A stretch of 64,000 nucleotides of DNA from an uncultured bacterium. Lineage in GTDB: Bacteria > Verrucomicrobiota > Verrucomicrobiia > Limisphaerales > UBA8199. A program made the translations under genes and the position numbers. Of the stretch, positions 20,859 through 32,433 are shown piece by piece. The stretch covers positions 96,001-160,000 of the forward strand of contig CAVVMW010000022.1 in NCBI GenBank assembly GCA_963749495.1, given 5' to 3'. Position 1 is the first letter of the stretch; each line of letters begins with the position of its first letter. The notes below the pieces were generated by a model. The model saw only the letters and a list, made by a program, of their open reading frames with translations, searched no databases and was not told the DNA's origin.

Positions 20859-21245
20859 TGGACACGGCATTGCGCGAGTTGGTCCGCCGCCGGGCTGGCA
20901 GCCGTTGTGAGTACCTGCCACCTCCCTGAGCAGTTTTCCGAACTCCAGTTCCATATCGAGCACATCATCCCGCGGCAGCATGGTGGCACTGATGGCGCTG
21001 AAAACCTGGCGCTGGCCTGTCCCGACTGCAACTTGGTGAAGGGGCCCAACCTTGCTGGCGTCGAGCCGGGCACACACCGGGTCGTGCGGCTTTTCCATCC
21101 CCGGCGGGACAAATGGACTGAACATTTTGCCCTGGACGGTGCGCTCATCGTTGGCAAGACGCCGGTCGGACGGGTGACGGTCTCGCTACTCCGGATGAAC
21201 GACGCGCAACGGTTGCGTGTTCGTGTGCTGCTGTCGGGATTGTGA
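20858..21245 (+). CDS. HNH endonuclease, +1 frameshift at ~20914
   Basis: VRRRAGSRCEY(C)HLP..HIEHIIPRQHGG..NLALACPDCNLVKG..LFHPR. Confidence 0.88.
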
Positions 21246-21547
21246 AGTGCCCGCAAAAACGCAAGCTGATCCAGCCCGCCAGGGAGTCGGATCTGCTCCA
21301 CGCGATTAACCGCGGCGTTGCGGGTTTCGCCCGCCAACGTCAAGAGACATTGAGCAAAACTATGAGCTGACCCCTCTTCCTGCCGGCGGCGGCGAAGTGA
21401 GGAATGGGGAGGGCGGTGGGCGGAGTGGCACGTGATGAATTCCAGAGGCCGAGTGCCGAGTATCGAGCGCCAGGTGTGCTGGTTCCGGATGCCGGCAGCG
21501 CTCTTGTTCGGGTCCTTTGCGTTGCACGAGTTTCGAGGAGCGATTCA

Positions 21548-22300
21548 TCACGGGATCAGATTGCGGTCAAGGGTCCCGTCTGGCCTGAGGCACCCCAGTC
21601 GGGAAATGAGAAGGGTTTGGTCTTTGTCCGAACCGTCGGTGACGATCCCCACGAACCGAGCTCGCCCACTCCTATCCACGAAAGCCGGGCTTCCGCTCAA
21701 GCCTCCGAGAGGGATGCCATGACAGGTCGGATCTTCGTAATGGACAAACTGCCGTTCCCCGTGCTCATTTGCCAGGACGATTCGCTTCTCCGACACCGAC
21801 GACGCGGAGAGGTCAAGGCTCATCAGCCCGAACCGGGCTTTGCGCCTCGTCACCTTTACGTTAGCCCCTAGGTACCCAACGACAGTGACGTGGTCTCCCG
21901 GGACGGGATCGGCAAGGTAGGAGGAAGGAAAGTCGATGAACTCAGACCCTGGCAGCTCAACTCTGTCCTCCAGCCCACGGAAGACCGCGACATCGAGCGA
22001 CTCTTCCGAATCGATCAGATCAAAGCCCGTGAGCTCAGCCACGGAGTAAGAGGGCCACCACCCCGTGTAGGCCACCATCTGTGCCGAGCAGTTCTGACCG
22101 CGCATCTCCACCAGTCTTCGCAGGACATGAAAACACGTGACAAAAACGTGCTTCCGCCCTGTCCAGATGAGCGTCAGGTCCGCTCTCTCCGCTGGACCCC
22201 AAGGGGGGTGGTTTGAATCCGCCTTAAGACTAAGTGGTAACGCATGCCGTTGGAGCAGGGCGGCTAGGGCCTCAGGTGTGATGGAGTATTGGTACCTGCG
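21548..22300 (-). CDS. Trypsin-like serine protease-like protein, start codon missing
   Basis: Frame open to ~22315 with VTCFHV, LDVAVF and GGLSGSP in catalytic-triad order. Confidence 0.6.
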   Translation of the reverse strand, partial: RRYQYSITPEALAALLQRHALPLSLKADSNHPPWGPAERADLTLIWTGRKHVFVTCFHVLRRLVEMRGQNCSAQMVAYTGWWPSYSVAELTGFDLIDSEESLDVAVFRGLEDRVELPGSEFIDFPSSYLADPVPGDHVTVVGYLGANVKVTRRKARFGLMSLDLSASSVSEKRIVLANEHGERQFVHYEDPTCHGIPLGGLSGSPAFVDRSGRARFVGIVTDGSDKDQTLLISRLGCLRPDGTLDRNLIP

Positions 22301-22315
22301 CGTTGAGCGATCGGC

Positions 22316-22726
22316 TTAGGCCCGCAACCTTCGCTTTGCATAAAGCATCATGAGCCAGGGGATCGGGACAGGCATCACGATTCCGATGAAAAGGAATGCC
22401 GAGGCCAACGTAGCATCCGCCGTATTCACGCAGAGACGCATCACACACAGTATCCACCCCAGCACGAAGGAGCAGTAGCCGTAGGTGTAAAGAACCTGCC
22501 TCCCATTGTGAGTAGTCCTCTCATAGGCGGCGTAATTGTCGGATGAGCCGATTCCGATGCGAAAACGTTGTTCGCCCGGCCCGTGGCACCTCACTCGAAG
22601 ACTGCGGAGTGGGATCAGCGGAAAGTACACAAACCTTACCCACTCCGTCGTGACGAACGAGCCATCGGAGTGAAAATCGCGCCGTCCACTGAACGTCGTC
22701 CCAATTCCATTGAGCCTGTATGCCAT
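22316..22726 (-). CDS. Small membrane protein
   Basis: NGIGTTFSGRRDF..VTTEWV..FPLIPLRSLRV plus two C-terminal TM helices. Confidence 0.7.
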   Translation of the reverse strand: MAYRLNGIGTTFSGRRDFHSDGSFVTTEWVRFVYFPLIPLRSLRVRCHGPGEQRFRIGIGSSDNYAAYERTTHNGRQVLYTYGYCSFVLGWILCVMRLCVNTADATLASAFLFIGIVMPVPIPWLMMLYAKRRLRA

Positions 22727-23278
22727 GCTGTCGCCTGAGCCGTGAAAAATCATCCAAAACACACCTGAGTTTCACAAACAACCCCGCTTCTTCGCTTAGC
22801 TTCCCCACGGCTCTGTCTGATACGAATTTGCGTTTTCGCCGTGCCGCCGGTTATTGACGCTGCGCGGGTGGGCGCGAATTGGCTTTCGGTCTCACTCATT
22901 ACGACCGGATGATGCCGGAGGAGGACCAGGCTTTCAAGCTCCAAGTTTCGGCGGCTTTTTGACGGTATTGGTCCAACGCGGGGGCCTCGGCGAGCGGTGG
23001 CGGCCGATGGGGGATGGCGGGGGTTGGAAATTGCACGGGAGCCAACCACCTTTTGCGCTGCCTCAGCCGGATCATGCTCGCAACGGTCGCAGCACACCCG
23101 GGCGAAGCCGCGCTCCGGGTTGCCGCAGTCGAGGACGACTCACGGAAGGGCTTCAGGCCGACCGAGAGCAAGAAAGAACCAATACAGCCAATACACCCAA
23201 CGGAGCATTTGCCCTCCTCCCCCAATTATGCCAGAAAGATATATGTGCCTCCCTCTCTGCCTGGAAAAAATGCGCCTC

Positions 23279-23990
23279 ATGAGCCGCCGCGGATTCCTGG
23301 CCGCTGGCATTGCCACGACGGCAGGCGCCGCGGGCCTGGCGCAAGTGCCAGCCCTGAGTCTCGCAGGCGGCGAAGGACCGCTCGAACCTTTCCGATTCCG
23401 CCGGGTAGTCAACCTGACTTTTGGGCTGCTTCAATGAGGTTCCAGACCTTTTACAGCGGAGGCAATTCTCCGATCACAGTATTCTCTGAGGACCGCCAGC
23501 CGCCGCTGGCGGGATTCGGCCGAGGGCGCTGTTTTCGGATTGCCGTCATCCTTGAGGCCCTCATACGTCTGCGGATCTTTCATGTAGCCATTGAGGCCCG
23601 CGAAATAGCAAATGAGTCTCACGCCCCTGGCGTTGAGGGCGTCCGCCAAAATTCGGCAAGCGACCCCACTATGAACCCAACTCCGACAGCACAAGCGCCG
23701 TGTTCAGCCTGCGGAACCGTTGGGCTTGAGGTGTTAAAAAGAGAGAGCGACGAGGTGGGAGAGCACCTGGTGGGCTATCTGTCCGGCCGGGGCACGCGCG
23801 CGATGCTGAGCCGCCTGGGCGGCGGGCTTCCCGGCGGCGAACTGTTCCCGGTGAATGAAACGACTTTTTCTACCCCGTTCTCGCAGGTCCCTCTACGCGG
23901 GACCTTTGTGCAGAACAAGAAGGGCAAAACGACCGGGATCATCATTAACCTGGGAGCGACGAGGCTCAGAGGCGTGCGTGTGGGAAAGTA
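23279..23990. pseudogene. Patchwork of gene fragments: Tat leader (+), GH29-like piece (-), orphan C-terminus (+)
   Basis: MSRRGFLAAG..EPFRF (23279-23400); ADALNARGVRLICYF (minus, ~23480-23660); GELFPVNETTF..GVRVGK* (to 23990). Confidence 0.5.
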
Positions 23991-24267
23991 GGGCCGGGAG
24001 GCCTCCGGACCGTCTCCGTGGGGATACCGAGGCCCTCGTCTCCCGTCCACCGCGACCAGTAGGGCACTTCCCGCAGCCAAAAGAGCGGGTTGAGACCGAA
24101 GGTGCATGTGGATGTTTTCATAACCCATCGCACACTCTGTTCACGGTGAGAGCATTGCACGTTCAGCCTATGTTGGGAAGCCGCAAGTCGGGTAACGCCC
24201 AGCCTCTCCGGTTTCATCAGCGGCGAGGGTCCTCCAGCGGCGGCGCGCGTGCGCCCCGGCTCTCGAC

Positions 24268-24675
24268 AGGGCGCATGACAAGATTCTTCAAACCCTGTGA
24301 TTTGCGAGGATTTCGGGAGGTTTCGTATGTGAGGCCCATATATACACCGCTTGGTCCTCTCCCTGAGGCCAGGCCTGGGTTTGGCACGCTGGCGTTCAGG
24401 CCGAAGGCCTGGTTCATACCAGCCCAGGGCAAGGCCCGCCGGAGCGCAGCGCAGGCGGGCCGCCGCCCTGGGTCCACCGCACATTGCATTCTGTTGCAGG
24501 CCAACGGCCTGCCTCAAAAAGCTCCCGGAGGATGAATCGCGCTTTCAGCGCTCCAGATGATTATTGGCGGCTGTTCCCAGGGCGTTGCCCTGGGCTGGTA
24601 TGAGCGACGCCTTTGGCGTCCCGAGCACGCACCGCCGGTGCCATCGTGCAGCAGAAGAATTCTGTCGTGCGCTCT
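24268..24675. mobile_element. MITE-like element with 20-bp imperfect TIR carrying a family E palindromic doublet
   Basis: agggcgcatgacaagattct / agaattctgtcgtgcgctct; internal ataccagcccagggcaa..ttgccctgggctggtat. Confidence 0.75.
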
Positions 24676-24720
24676 CCAGTCGGCGACACGCCTCTACTTG
24701 GCCAGCGAAAGGGCTGAACT

Positions 24721-25690
24721 TCATTGTGCCACGTATTCTCTGATCAGACGGATATTCTCGAGTGGCGTTTCATAGGGCATCGCGCCGGTACCCATGACGC
24801 AGTTCGGACGACCGCCCGCAATGCCCAACACGCGGTCGATGCCGCGGTAGAGGCGTTCCGGATCGGGGCAGGCCACCACGCCGGGATCGAGGTTGACGCG
24901 AATCGTGATGTGCGGATGCGTCCGGGACACGCGCTGGACGAACGCGGCCTGATTCGTTTCCACGTTGCAGACGAGGTAGTTCGTGCCCGTGGACAGGATA
25001 CCGTCGAGGATCGGGAAGGTGTTTCCGCCCATGATGCAGGGCACCGGATGGCCGACGCAGTCGGCCGCCAGGGCCAGCACACGCTTCAACGCCGGCAGTT
25101 CAACGTCCTGGAACTGGCGCGGTGAAAGAATCGGCGGCGCGGCGGCGGATTCGAAAAAAGCCGCATCCAGGCCGGCCTTCGCTATCGCGAGGCAGAGCAC
25201 GGCCTGGTTTTCCGCCAGGCGCATCAGCATCTTTGCCGTGTCTTCAGCTCTCGTGATCGCGTCTTCACAGAGCGGAGAGATGCCGCGCAGGTTGAAGGCG
25301 ATCGAGAACGGCCCTGCAACCGGTATGCGCACGTCGGCCTCCGGGAACTCGCGCTTCAATCGCCGGCCGACGGCGAGCAGCATCGCCACCCGCCCGTCGC
25401 GGGCCGGGTCGAAGGGTTTGACCGCGATGCCCTCATCCAGCGAGGTCCAGAGCGGCTGGTGGATGGCCGGGACGGCGCTGTCTTGGCAGGGTTCGACTCT
25501 GGCGCCATAGGCCTCGGCCTCGAGGTTGTAGATGTTGATGCCGACGGCGATGACCTGCTGATGGTACTCGAGGTAAGCGCGGCGGTGGCCCTCGAACATC
25601 GAGCTCCGCGTCGCGCGAGACTTCCCACGGCGTGCGCCCAACGAAACGGGCGGCGTGTTCATAAACGACCGGAGTGAAGGGGATTCTCAT
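24721..25690 (-). CDS. Uroporphyrinogen decarboxylase/MtaA-family protein, frameshift near 25601
   Basis: PVVYEHAA, YNLEAEAYGA, GPFSIA, FESAAAPP, IMGGNT, GTGAMPYETPLENI. Confidence 0.85.
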
Positions 25691-25874
25691 TGCAGAAGGC
25701 GGCAGATGTGCGCCGCCAGGGGGGCAAAGGTGTCCGTAAAACCTCCGTCCTGCGCCTGGAGTGTACGCTCCTCGTCCACCACGCTCACCGCCAGGCGGCG
25801 GCTCGGAGCCGCCGCCTGGCAAGGCGGCCGACGCCGAAGTCCCCAGGGAACGGCCATAAACCAGGTCAGAGCTG

Positions 25875-26936
25875 TTATATCCGCACTCTCGCGGTCCGGT
25901 AGAACTGCCGTACGCGCGCCATTTCCTCCTCGAGTTCCAACACGCCAATCGACCGCACCATTTGGCCGATCGTTGTCTGGGGATCGTTGGACCAGAAGAT
26001 GCCGCAATCCTCGTCTTCGTAATAGTGGAAGCCGACCTTGTCGCCATAGGCTTTGCGGAGGGCTTCGCCATTCCGCAGCTTCGAGTTCCACGGAAGCAGC
26101 GCGTAACTGAGGTCCAGTTCGTGGACCAGGATGCTTTGCGGCGGCTTGATCTGCGCTGCAATCTTACCCGTCGGCTCAAAGATCGAGGCGTTGTGCCGCC
26201 ACGTGCTCGAGACAATGTAACAACGGTGCTCCCTTGCCCGGAACGCGGGTTGGGACGTTTGCGGCGATTGCGTGGGCCAGGCGATCAGCTCCGCTCCGCG
26301 GCGCGCCAGTTCGGCCCAGCCGCCGCCGAAGTCCATATCATAACAGATTTGAATTCCCAGTTTGCCAAAATCGCAGTCGAAGACGGGGAGCGCGTCGCCG
26401 GGAGTGGCGCCGCTTTCCATGGTGCCGCGTTCGAGCGAAACGACCAAATGAACCTTGCGGTAGGTTCCCAGCACTTCACCTTTGCGCCCGAGCAGGATCG
26501 CCGCATTCGAGCACAACCGTTTTTCTTTCGAATCCAGCAAGTAGCTGGGAACGACCATATAGCATTTGTGCTCACGGGCCTTCCGAGTGAATGCGTCCCT
26601 GATTTCTCCTTCGAACGAGACCGCATGGGCCACAACATCGTCGCCCGCTTCGCCGGTGACCGCGGTTTCGGGCAGAATTGCGAGATCGAGACCACGGCCA
26701 TAAGCCTGTTTGGCCTGTGCGGCCATTTGGTCCATGATTCCTGTCAGTTGCTCCAGACGCTTGGGCAGCCCGGGATACTGACCCCAAAAGGACTGCATGG
26801 CGGTGCCCACGATGACCTTTCGGGGAGGAGTGCTCGAGGTGGTCCGGACTCGTTCCCCATCGTTGGCGGCCAGTGCCGGGACAGCCTCCAGAGCCGCGAG
26901 GCTGCTCAGCGTTGCCAGGAATGTTCTTCTCCGCAT
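25875..26936 (-). CDS. Carbon-nitrogen hydrolase (nitrilase family), Tat-exported
   Basis: MRRRTFL leader; E-K-C triad LPE, YRKVH, ICYD. Confidence 0.92.
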   Translation of the reverse strand: MRRRTFLATLSSLAALEAVPALAANDGERVRTTSSTPPRKVIVGTAMQSFWGQYPGLPKRLEQLTGIMDQMAAQAKQAYGRGLDLAILPETAVTGEAGDDVVAHAVSFEGEIRDAFTRKAREHKCYMVVPSYLLDSKEKRLCSNAAILLGRKGEVLGTYRKVHLVVSLERGTMESGATPGDALPVFDCDFGKLGIQICYDMDFGGGWAELARRGAELIAWPTQSPQTSQPAFRAREHRCYIVSSTWRHNASIFEPTGKIAAQIKPPQSILVHELDLSYALLPWNSKLRNGEALRKAYGDKVGFHYYEDEDCGIFWSNDPQTTIGQMVRSIGVLELEEEMARVRQFYRTARVRI

Positions 26937-26951
26937 AGGTGAGTTCTCCTC

Positions 26952-28425
26952 TCAGTAGAGCGGCCCGGCGTGCATAGTGACAGGCTGTGCCCACTCAGAA
27001 CACTGCTTGCCCGTGGCGTCGTTTATCGTCAGCCGTAACGTATAGGTCCCCGCCTTGGTTGCGGCGGGGTATTCGAGCAACCGCGCCGTCTGGGCCGCCA
27101 GGCGCCACCGCACGGCGTCAAATTCTTCCGACGGCCACATGCCATCAGCCAGGTACTTCGGCTGGACGTGGATGGCGTCCCATGTCTCTTGAAGGAGCCG
27201 TCGTCCCTCGCCCGCCGCCGCAACGCAGGCTGGATTTTTCGACCCTTCGCGCTCGACTATCGCCTGTTGGAGGGTATAGAGATAGCGCGCATCGTCATAC
27301 CCCTCCCGGAAGCAGGCCCAATAAACCTCAGGGATGACCTCGCCGTCGTCGTCCACACGTTGGCCGCAACCGGAGTAGCGGCCACGGAGGTAATCGAAGG
27401 GATCCGGCTCGGACGGCCAACACCAGTGCCAGGGGATCAGCGTGGCATATCCGCTGCGCCAAAAGCCGAAGCCGTAGGTCATCCGCCCGCCTTTGCACAT
27501 CGTGCGGCGGTCCTTGATCTCGCCAGCGTTATGGTTCGGGTAGCACCAGTACTCGTGCCGGTTCTGAGAGACGATGCGGTCGTAGGGCACCGAATAAGGC
27601 TGGGAGCACCAGACATCCAGAGGTAGTCCTTGTCGGCCGCCCGGCGGATGAACGCCTCGTCGCGGCCTTTATAGAGGGCCCTGTTCCGCACATAGAAATA
27701 GGCCGAGCAGTGCTTGCGCGGGTCCTTCTGGAGCCGGAAACCCAAGACACGGAAGGCCAGCGGGACCTCGACAGCCTGCCCGAAGCCATCGTCCCAGACG
27801 GGGACGGTCCCTCGGTATAACCCGGGCTTTGCGTCGTCGGGGACATGGGCCGTCAGCCAGTACCACTGGCACTCGCCCGCGGGCGAGGAGTGAACCGTTA
27901 CCCGCTCGAGAAGCTCTGGCACCCGGCGATATGTGCTGAGGGTGGTGTAGGCCGGGTATCCAACGTTCCAGTAGGCGGCCAGGCGGACATCAATGCTGCC
28001 AGCCGGGATCTCGCCTGAGGGGGATGTGAGCGACGAGACCCTGACCTTCAGGTTTTGGAGGGGGCGCACGGGATAAAGGGCAAACGTAACGGGCTCGAAC
28101 TCGCCGGGCGTGGCGAACGCGGCCAGGGAGTCGATCCGCTCGTGGGCCAGGGGGCGGGTGTTGGGATAAATGCTTTCCGTGAGGGGACGCTGGAAGAGGA
28201 GATACCCCCGCTCCTTTTCCGGCTCGGTGAGGGACGGCTCGGGAGCGGTCTCGTCGAAAGGGATCTCCTTGACGCCGTCTGGCACCGTCGGCTGCGGACG
28301 GGCGCGCCGCTCGAGGGCGCCGTCGGCCGGCTTTGGACCGAGCCGGAGCGTCGGCTGTTCCAAGGGCGCCCCCACACCGGCCACACCCGCGGCCAGGAGC
28401 AGGGTGCTGCGCAACGCTTTCATGT
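26952..28425 (-). pseudogene. GH123/DUF4091-like hydrolase remnant with internal deletions
   Basis: ATPGEFEPVTFALYP, VPDDAKPGLYRG, WACFREGYDDARY; abrupt joins near 28300, 27622 and 27050. Confidence 0.65.
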
Positions 28426-28486
28426 GCAAACCAGAGTAAGACCGGATCGGTTTGAGTCAAGCCGGTTGCGCAGGTTGTTTTTGGCA

Positions 28487-28770
28487 TTAGGCCGCCTCCG
28501 GCGTTGGATGACGCCAGGGGGCTCGGTAGGGGCGCGCCAATAACTGATTAGCTTCATCGTCACCCATTACCCGGCCTTTGGCTTCGTCCCACGTCAGGGT
28601 CCGCTTCAACTGCAGCGAGAGGTTCGCGAGCACGCACATGCTCGTGGACGTGCTCCCCTCGGCGATATCCGCCCGGGGACGGCCTCGGCTGGCGGTGCAT
28701 TGCAGAAGGTCCTTCATATGTTCGCGGATGGCCCGGCCATTGGCCAGGAACGTGTGGTGCTCGGGCGGGC
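28487..28770 (-). pseudogene. Gfo/Idh/MocA C-terminal fragment
   Basis: PRADIAEG..CVLANLS..WDEAK..DDEANQLLARPYRAPW. Confidence 0.75.
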
Positions 28771-29313
28771 TGCCCGGCGAGCCGACCACATGGAGGCTGA
28801 ACTGAAAAAGCACCTGAACGCTTGCGCTTTCACGTCGTCCGACCAGGCGACCAGAGAGGAGATAACCGATGAGGGCGATGATCAGGAGCACGACCGGGGC
28901 GAGGCCCGACCAGGCGTCTCCGCCGTGGCGCTATGTTCCCACCTCGGGGCGGCATGTCCACTGTAGGGCTGCCCTCTCCATCCCCAATTCTGGCCTGTCA
29001 TTCTGCCCCGCCCCGAGACGCCCCCTGGCCGGTCGCGGCGGCATTGGCATCCTGGGCAACCATTGGCGGGCCGCTGGTGGGGCTATCCGGTCCTTGACTT
29101 TTATGCGCGGCCTGGCTCTTTTGGCCGGAAGCGCTCTTGTGATGAAGTGGCGACTCGCGACAGTGGAAGATGGTCCGCAACCATGACACTTCTGGCGGAG
29201 TGCCTTATTGAATCCAGCGTACGGCCTCCAACACCCGGCACGTTGATCTTCGGCGAGCCGGGTACCTGAGTGAAGTTGGTCGAAGGGGCCAGCAGTGTGC
29301 CCAGGAGGCGGGT

Positions 29314-31575
29314 GTGGCGGTGTTTGTCCTGCTGATTGCCTGCGCCAACCTGGGAAACCTGTACCTCTCGCGATGTCTGGCGCGCGAGAAGGAACTCGCC
29401 ATCCGTAGGCCAGCACTCCATAAATGCCGAGCGCCGACAGCGACAAACCGACTCCGGCGAAAATCACCAGGTAAAGCATATAGGTGCGCTGGGCCTGGGT
29501 CCGCCCTTGAGCCGGGCGATCAACCGCTCGAAGAAATCGAGCCGCTGGGCATCCCCAGGATAATGCTCCATGGGCAGATCCACATCGACCACCAGCACTT
29601 TGCGAGGATCCGCTTTCAAGCCGGGGTGCAACAGATGGTAAATGCTCCGCAGCCTAAGGCCATGCGCACGCCAAACTCGTGGCGCATTTTCCTGGCCGGC
29701 ACGACCAGCATGGAGGCTAAGACAATCCGCCGGCTGCTCGAAGTGGCGCCGGAGCTGGAAACGCTCGATCATCTCCTGGACGATGTTGCCAGTTGGAGCC
29801 CGAGGCAGCGCGTCTTGCCGCTTTGCGCCAGTTTGGCTGGAAGGAATCGATCCAGGAAACTCGCCGCGAACAGCGCGGGATTCTGTGGCTCGAGCAGTTT
29901 CTGCAGGACGTTCGCTACGGGCTGAGAACGCTGCGCAAGGGCCCGGGCTTCACGACCGCGGCGGTGGCCACGCTGGCCCTGGGCATCGGCATCAACACGG
30001 CGATCTTCAGTATTATATCCGCGGTGCTGCTGCACCCGTTGCCTTACGCGGATTCGGATCGGCTGGTCGAAGTCAATACGAGTCACCGCAAGGACGCGCG
30101 ACTCGCCGAGTTTACAGTGTCGGTGCCTGATTACTGTGATTGGCGCGCGGCCAGCCGGAGCTTCACCCATTTGGGAATGTACTGCGAAGACGACTTTCGG
30201 CTCACTGAAAGAGAACAAATACGACCGGTGCGCGGCATGTATTTCTCCGCGGAAATGCTGCCGGCATTGGGGGTCGCTCCGCTGCTCGGCCGGGGACTGC
30301 TGGAGGAGGATGAAAGAGCGGGGAGCGTGGGCGAGGGCTCGCTCTACCCGGCCGCGATCAGGATCGGCAGTACCGGCCGAATCCGCGCAACCAGTTTTGC
30401 GTGGAGTGTGCGCGCGCACATCGAGCTGCGGACGCGGGCGAACCATGATCCACCAACCGAAGCAGTTGACGTCTCCACGAGGCTGTGGGAGTGGCCACAT
30501 ATGATAAAGTCCGCGGTCGCCCTTTCGATCCACAAGCTGCTGTACCAAACGACCTCGGAGAAGAACTCGCGTCGTGTCTTCAGGATTTCGATGGCAGGTG
30601 AGGTCAGACCTCCAAAACGGGGCTCGTCCTTGTTTCCATGGCTGCGTTCGCCGATCTCGATCAGCCGGGCCGGTTCCGGTCCGGGAACAGGATGAAAAAG
30701 GACGGTGTCGAGGACACTGAAAACGGCGGTGCTGGCGCCGATGCCAAGCGCCAGCGTGAGAGCAACGACAGCGGTGAACCCCGGGTTCTTCCGCAACAGC
30801 CGGCCCGCGTAGCGCACGTCCTGGGCGAGGTGTTCCAGCCAGACTAACCCCCGCTGCTCCCGGCACGTCTCCTTGATGGACTCTACGCGCCCGAACTGCC
30901 GCAACGCCGCGCGCCGCGCCTCCCCGGGCTCCATCCCCGCCTGGAGGTTCTCCTGTGTTTGCATCTCGACGTGCGCGCGCATCTCTTCGTCCATCTCAAC
31001 GTCGAGCTTGCGCTTGTGAAACAGAGCGCGGAACCGAAGCAGGATTGTTCGCAGCCAGTTCATGGGAGAGGGTGATGTTGCTCAAGTGTCCCGCAATGCC
31101 ACGATTGGATCAACCCGGGCCGCGCGGCGAGCCGGGAGGTAACAACCCAACAGCGCCACGACCATGAGCGCGGCCGGGACGACGATGAGAGTTGCGGATC
31201 CCTCGGGCTCACTTCGAAGAGCATATTCTCCAGGACTCGCGTGATCCCGAACGCGAGGGCCATTCCCAACAAGACGCCCAGCGCGGCGGGCCTTCCGTTC
31301 CGCCGCAGCACCAGCTTGAGAATATCGCGGTGCTCGGCGCCCAAAGCCATTCTCAAGCCCATCTCTCGATTTCTCTGGCTGACGAAATACGCCGTCACGC
31401 TATAAGTGCCCGCCGTAGCCAGCGTGGCCGCCAGCAAGGCCAGGAGCCCCAGGACGAACGTGCGAAATCGAGGCAATCGGGAGGATTCACCGAGGTATTC
31501 TTCCAGAGTGCGAACCGGACCGATAGACTGATCCACATCCAGGGCCTGCACCTCCCGGGCTACAGCCTTTTCCAA
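29314..31575. pseudogene. Scrambled ADOP/MacB-FtsX ABC permease fragments on both strands
   Basis: (+) VLLIACANL 29314-29408; (-) GIYGVLAY and FFERLIARL 29405-29660; (+) N-terminus QDVRYGLR 29793-30330; (-) N-terminus MNWLR.. 30500-31063; (-) C-terminus REMGLRMALGA..VDPIVALR 31082-31575. Confidence 0.85.
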
Positions 31576-31589
31576 GCCAGGCAGATTTG

Positions 31590-31915
31590 AGGCGCGGCTT
31601 CCTTGACGACCGTGGTGGCCGTGCTGCTGGTGGTGGTCTCCTTGGCGCTGCCCTCCTGCTTTCCCTGGATCTCGGCAGCTTCGGTTGTGGTGTTCTTCTT
31701 GGGCATTTCGGTCCTTTCTTGGGTTTGCGCTCCTGATTGTTCTTGGGGCGCGGGTTGATTCGACGGCGGCGTTGTGGTTTCTGCGGTTGGCTGTGCGGGC
31801 TCGGCGACGGTGACTTTGTCTCCATCCAGATTGAGCGGCATGATGACCATCTTCTTGCCGCCTTTGGACAGGACCATCGGGGCGTCTTGGTCAATGGTCG
31901 CAATCCGTTGAGCCT
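31590..31915 (-). pseudogene. C-terminal fragment resembling a mobile-element sliding-clamp-like protein
   Basis: IDQDAPMVLSKGGKKMVIMPL followed by a Thr/Pro-rich tail; next to the DUF3150-like remnant. Confidence 0.35.
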
Positions 31916-32051
31916 GGCCCCGCTTTTCATACAGTCGGCTGATATGGGCCACCACCCCGTCAGGCGCCACCGATACTGGCACTGGCACTGACCACGGCAC
32001 CCTCGACAACCGCAACCTGAACCGCAACCAAAAGAAAGGACTTCATCGAAA

Positions 32052-32400
32052 ATGGACAACAACAACGACAACCACGACGGCCTTCTCTCCATACTCACCA
32101 GGGAAGGCGTGCTCTTGAAGGTGAGCGTTTCATATTGGCGCGGTCACAAGAAACTGCGCCCTGAAAACATAGGGCTGGAAAGGAAGAACCTCTCTGACCG
32201 TCTCATCAGCCTGGGCCATAAACGACTGCTCCCCAAAGACGCCCTCGCTTCACTGGCACTCATCGAAGGCCGCGCTCATGCCCTGGTCGAAGCCAACACG
32301 TTCCCCTTCCTCAACGGCCTGGGTCACTTCCTGCCCAATTCGAAACTGGCAGAAGTCACGGGAAAGCTGGAGGAACTGCAAACCGAGTTCTGGGCGGCTG
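32052..32400 (+). pseudogene. DUF3150-like protein N-terminal fragment
   Basis: LTREGVLL.VSVSYWRGHKKL.PE..ISLGHKRLLPKDAL..TFPFLNG; truncated against gdhA. Confidence 0.6.
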
Positions 32401-32433
32401 GTGCTGACGCCGGCCAAAGCTTGGACTGCGGGC

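Noticed and set aside
29793..31063. Facing permease N-termini as a recombinase-driven invertible switch
   Set aside because: No recombinase or clean inverted recombination sites, and neither orientation would yield a full-length gene.
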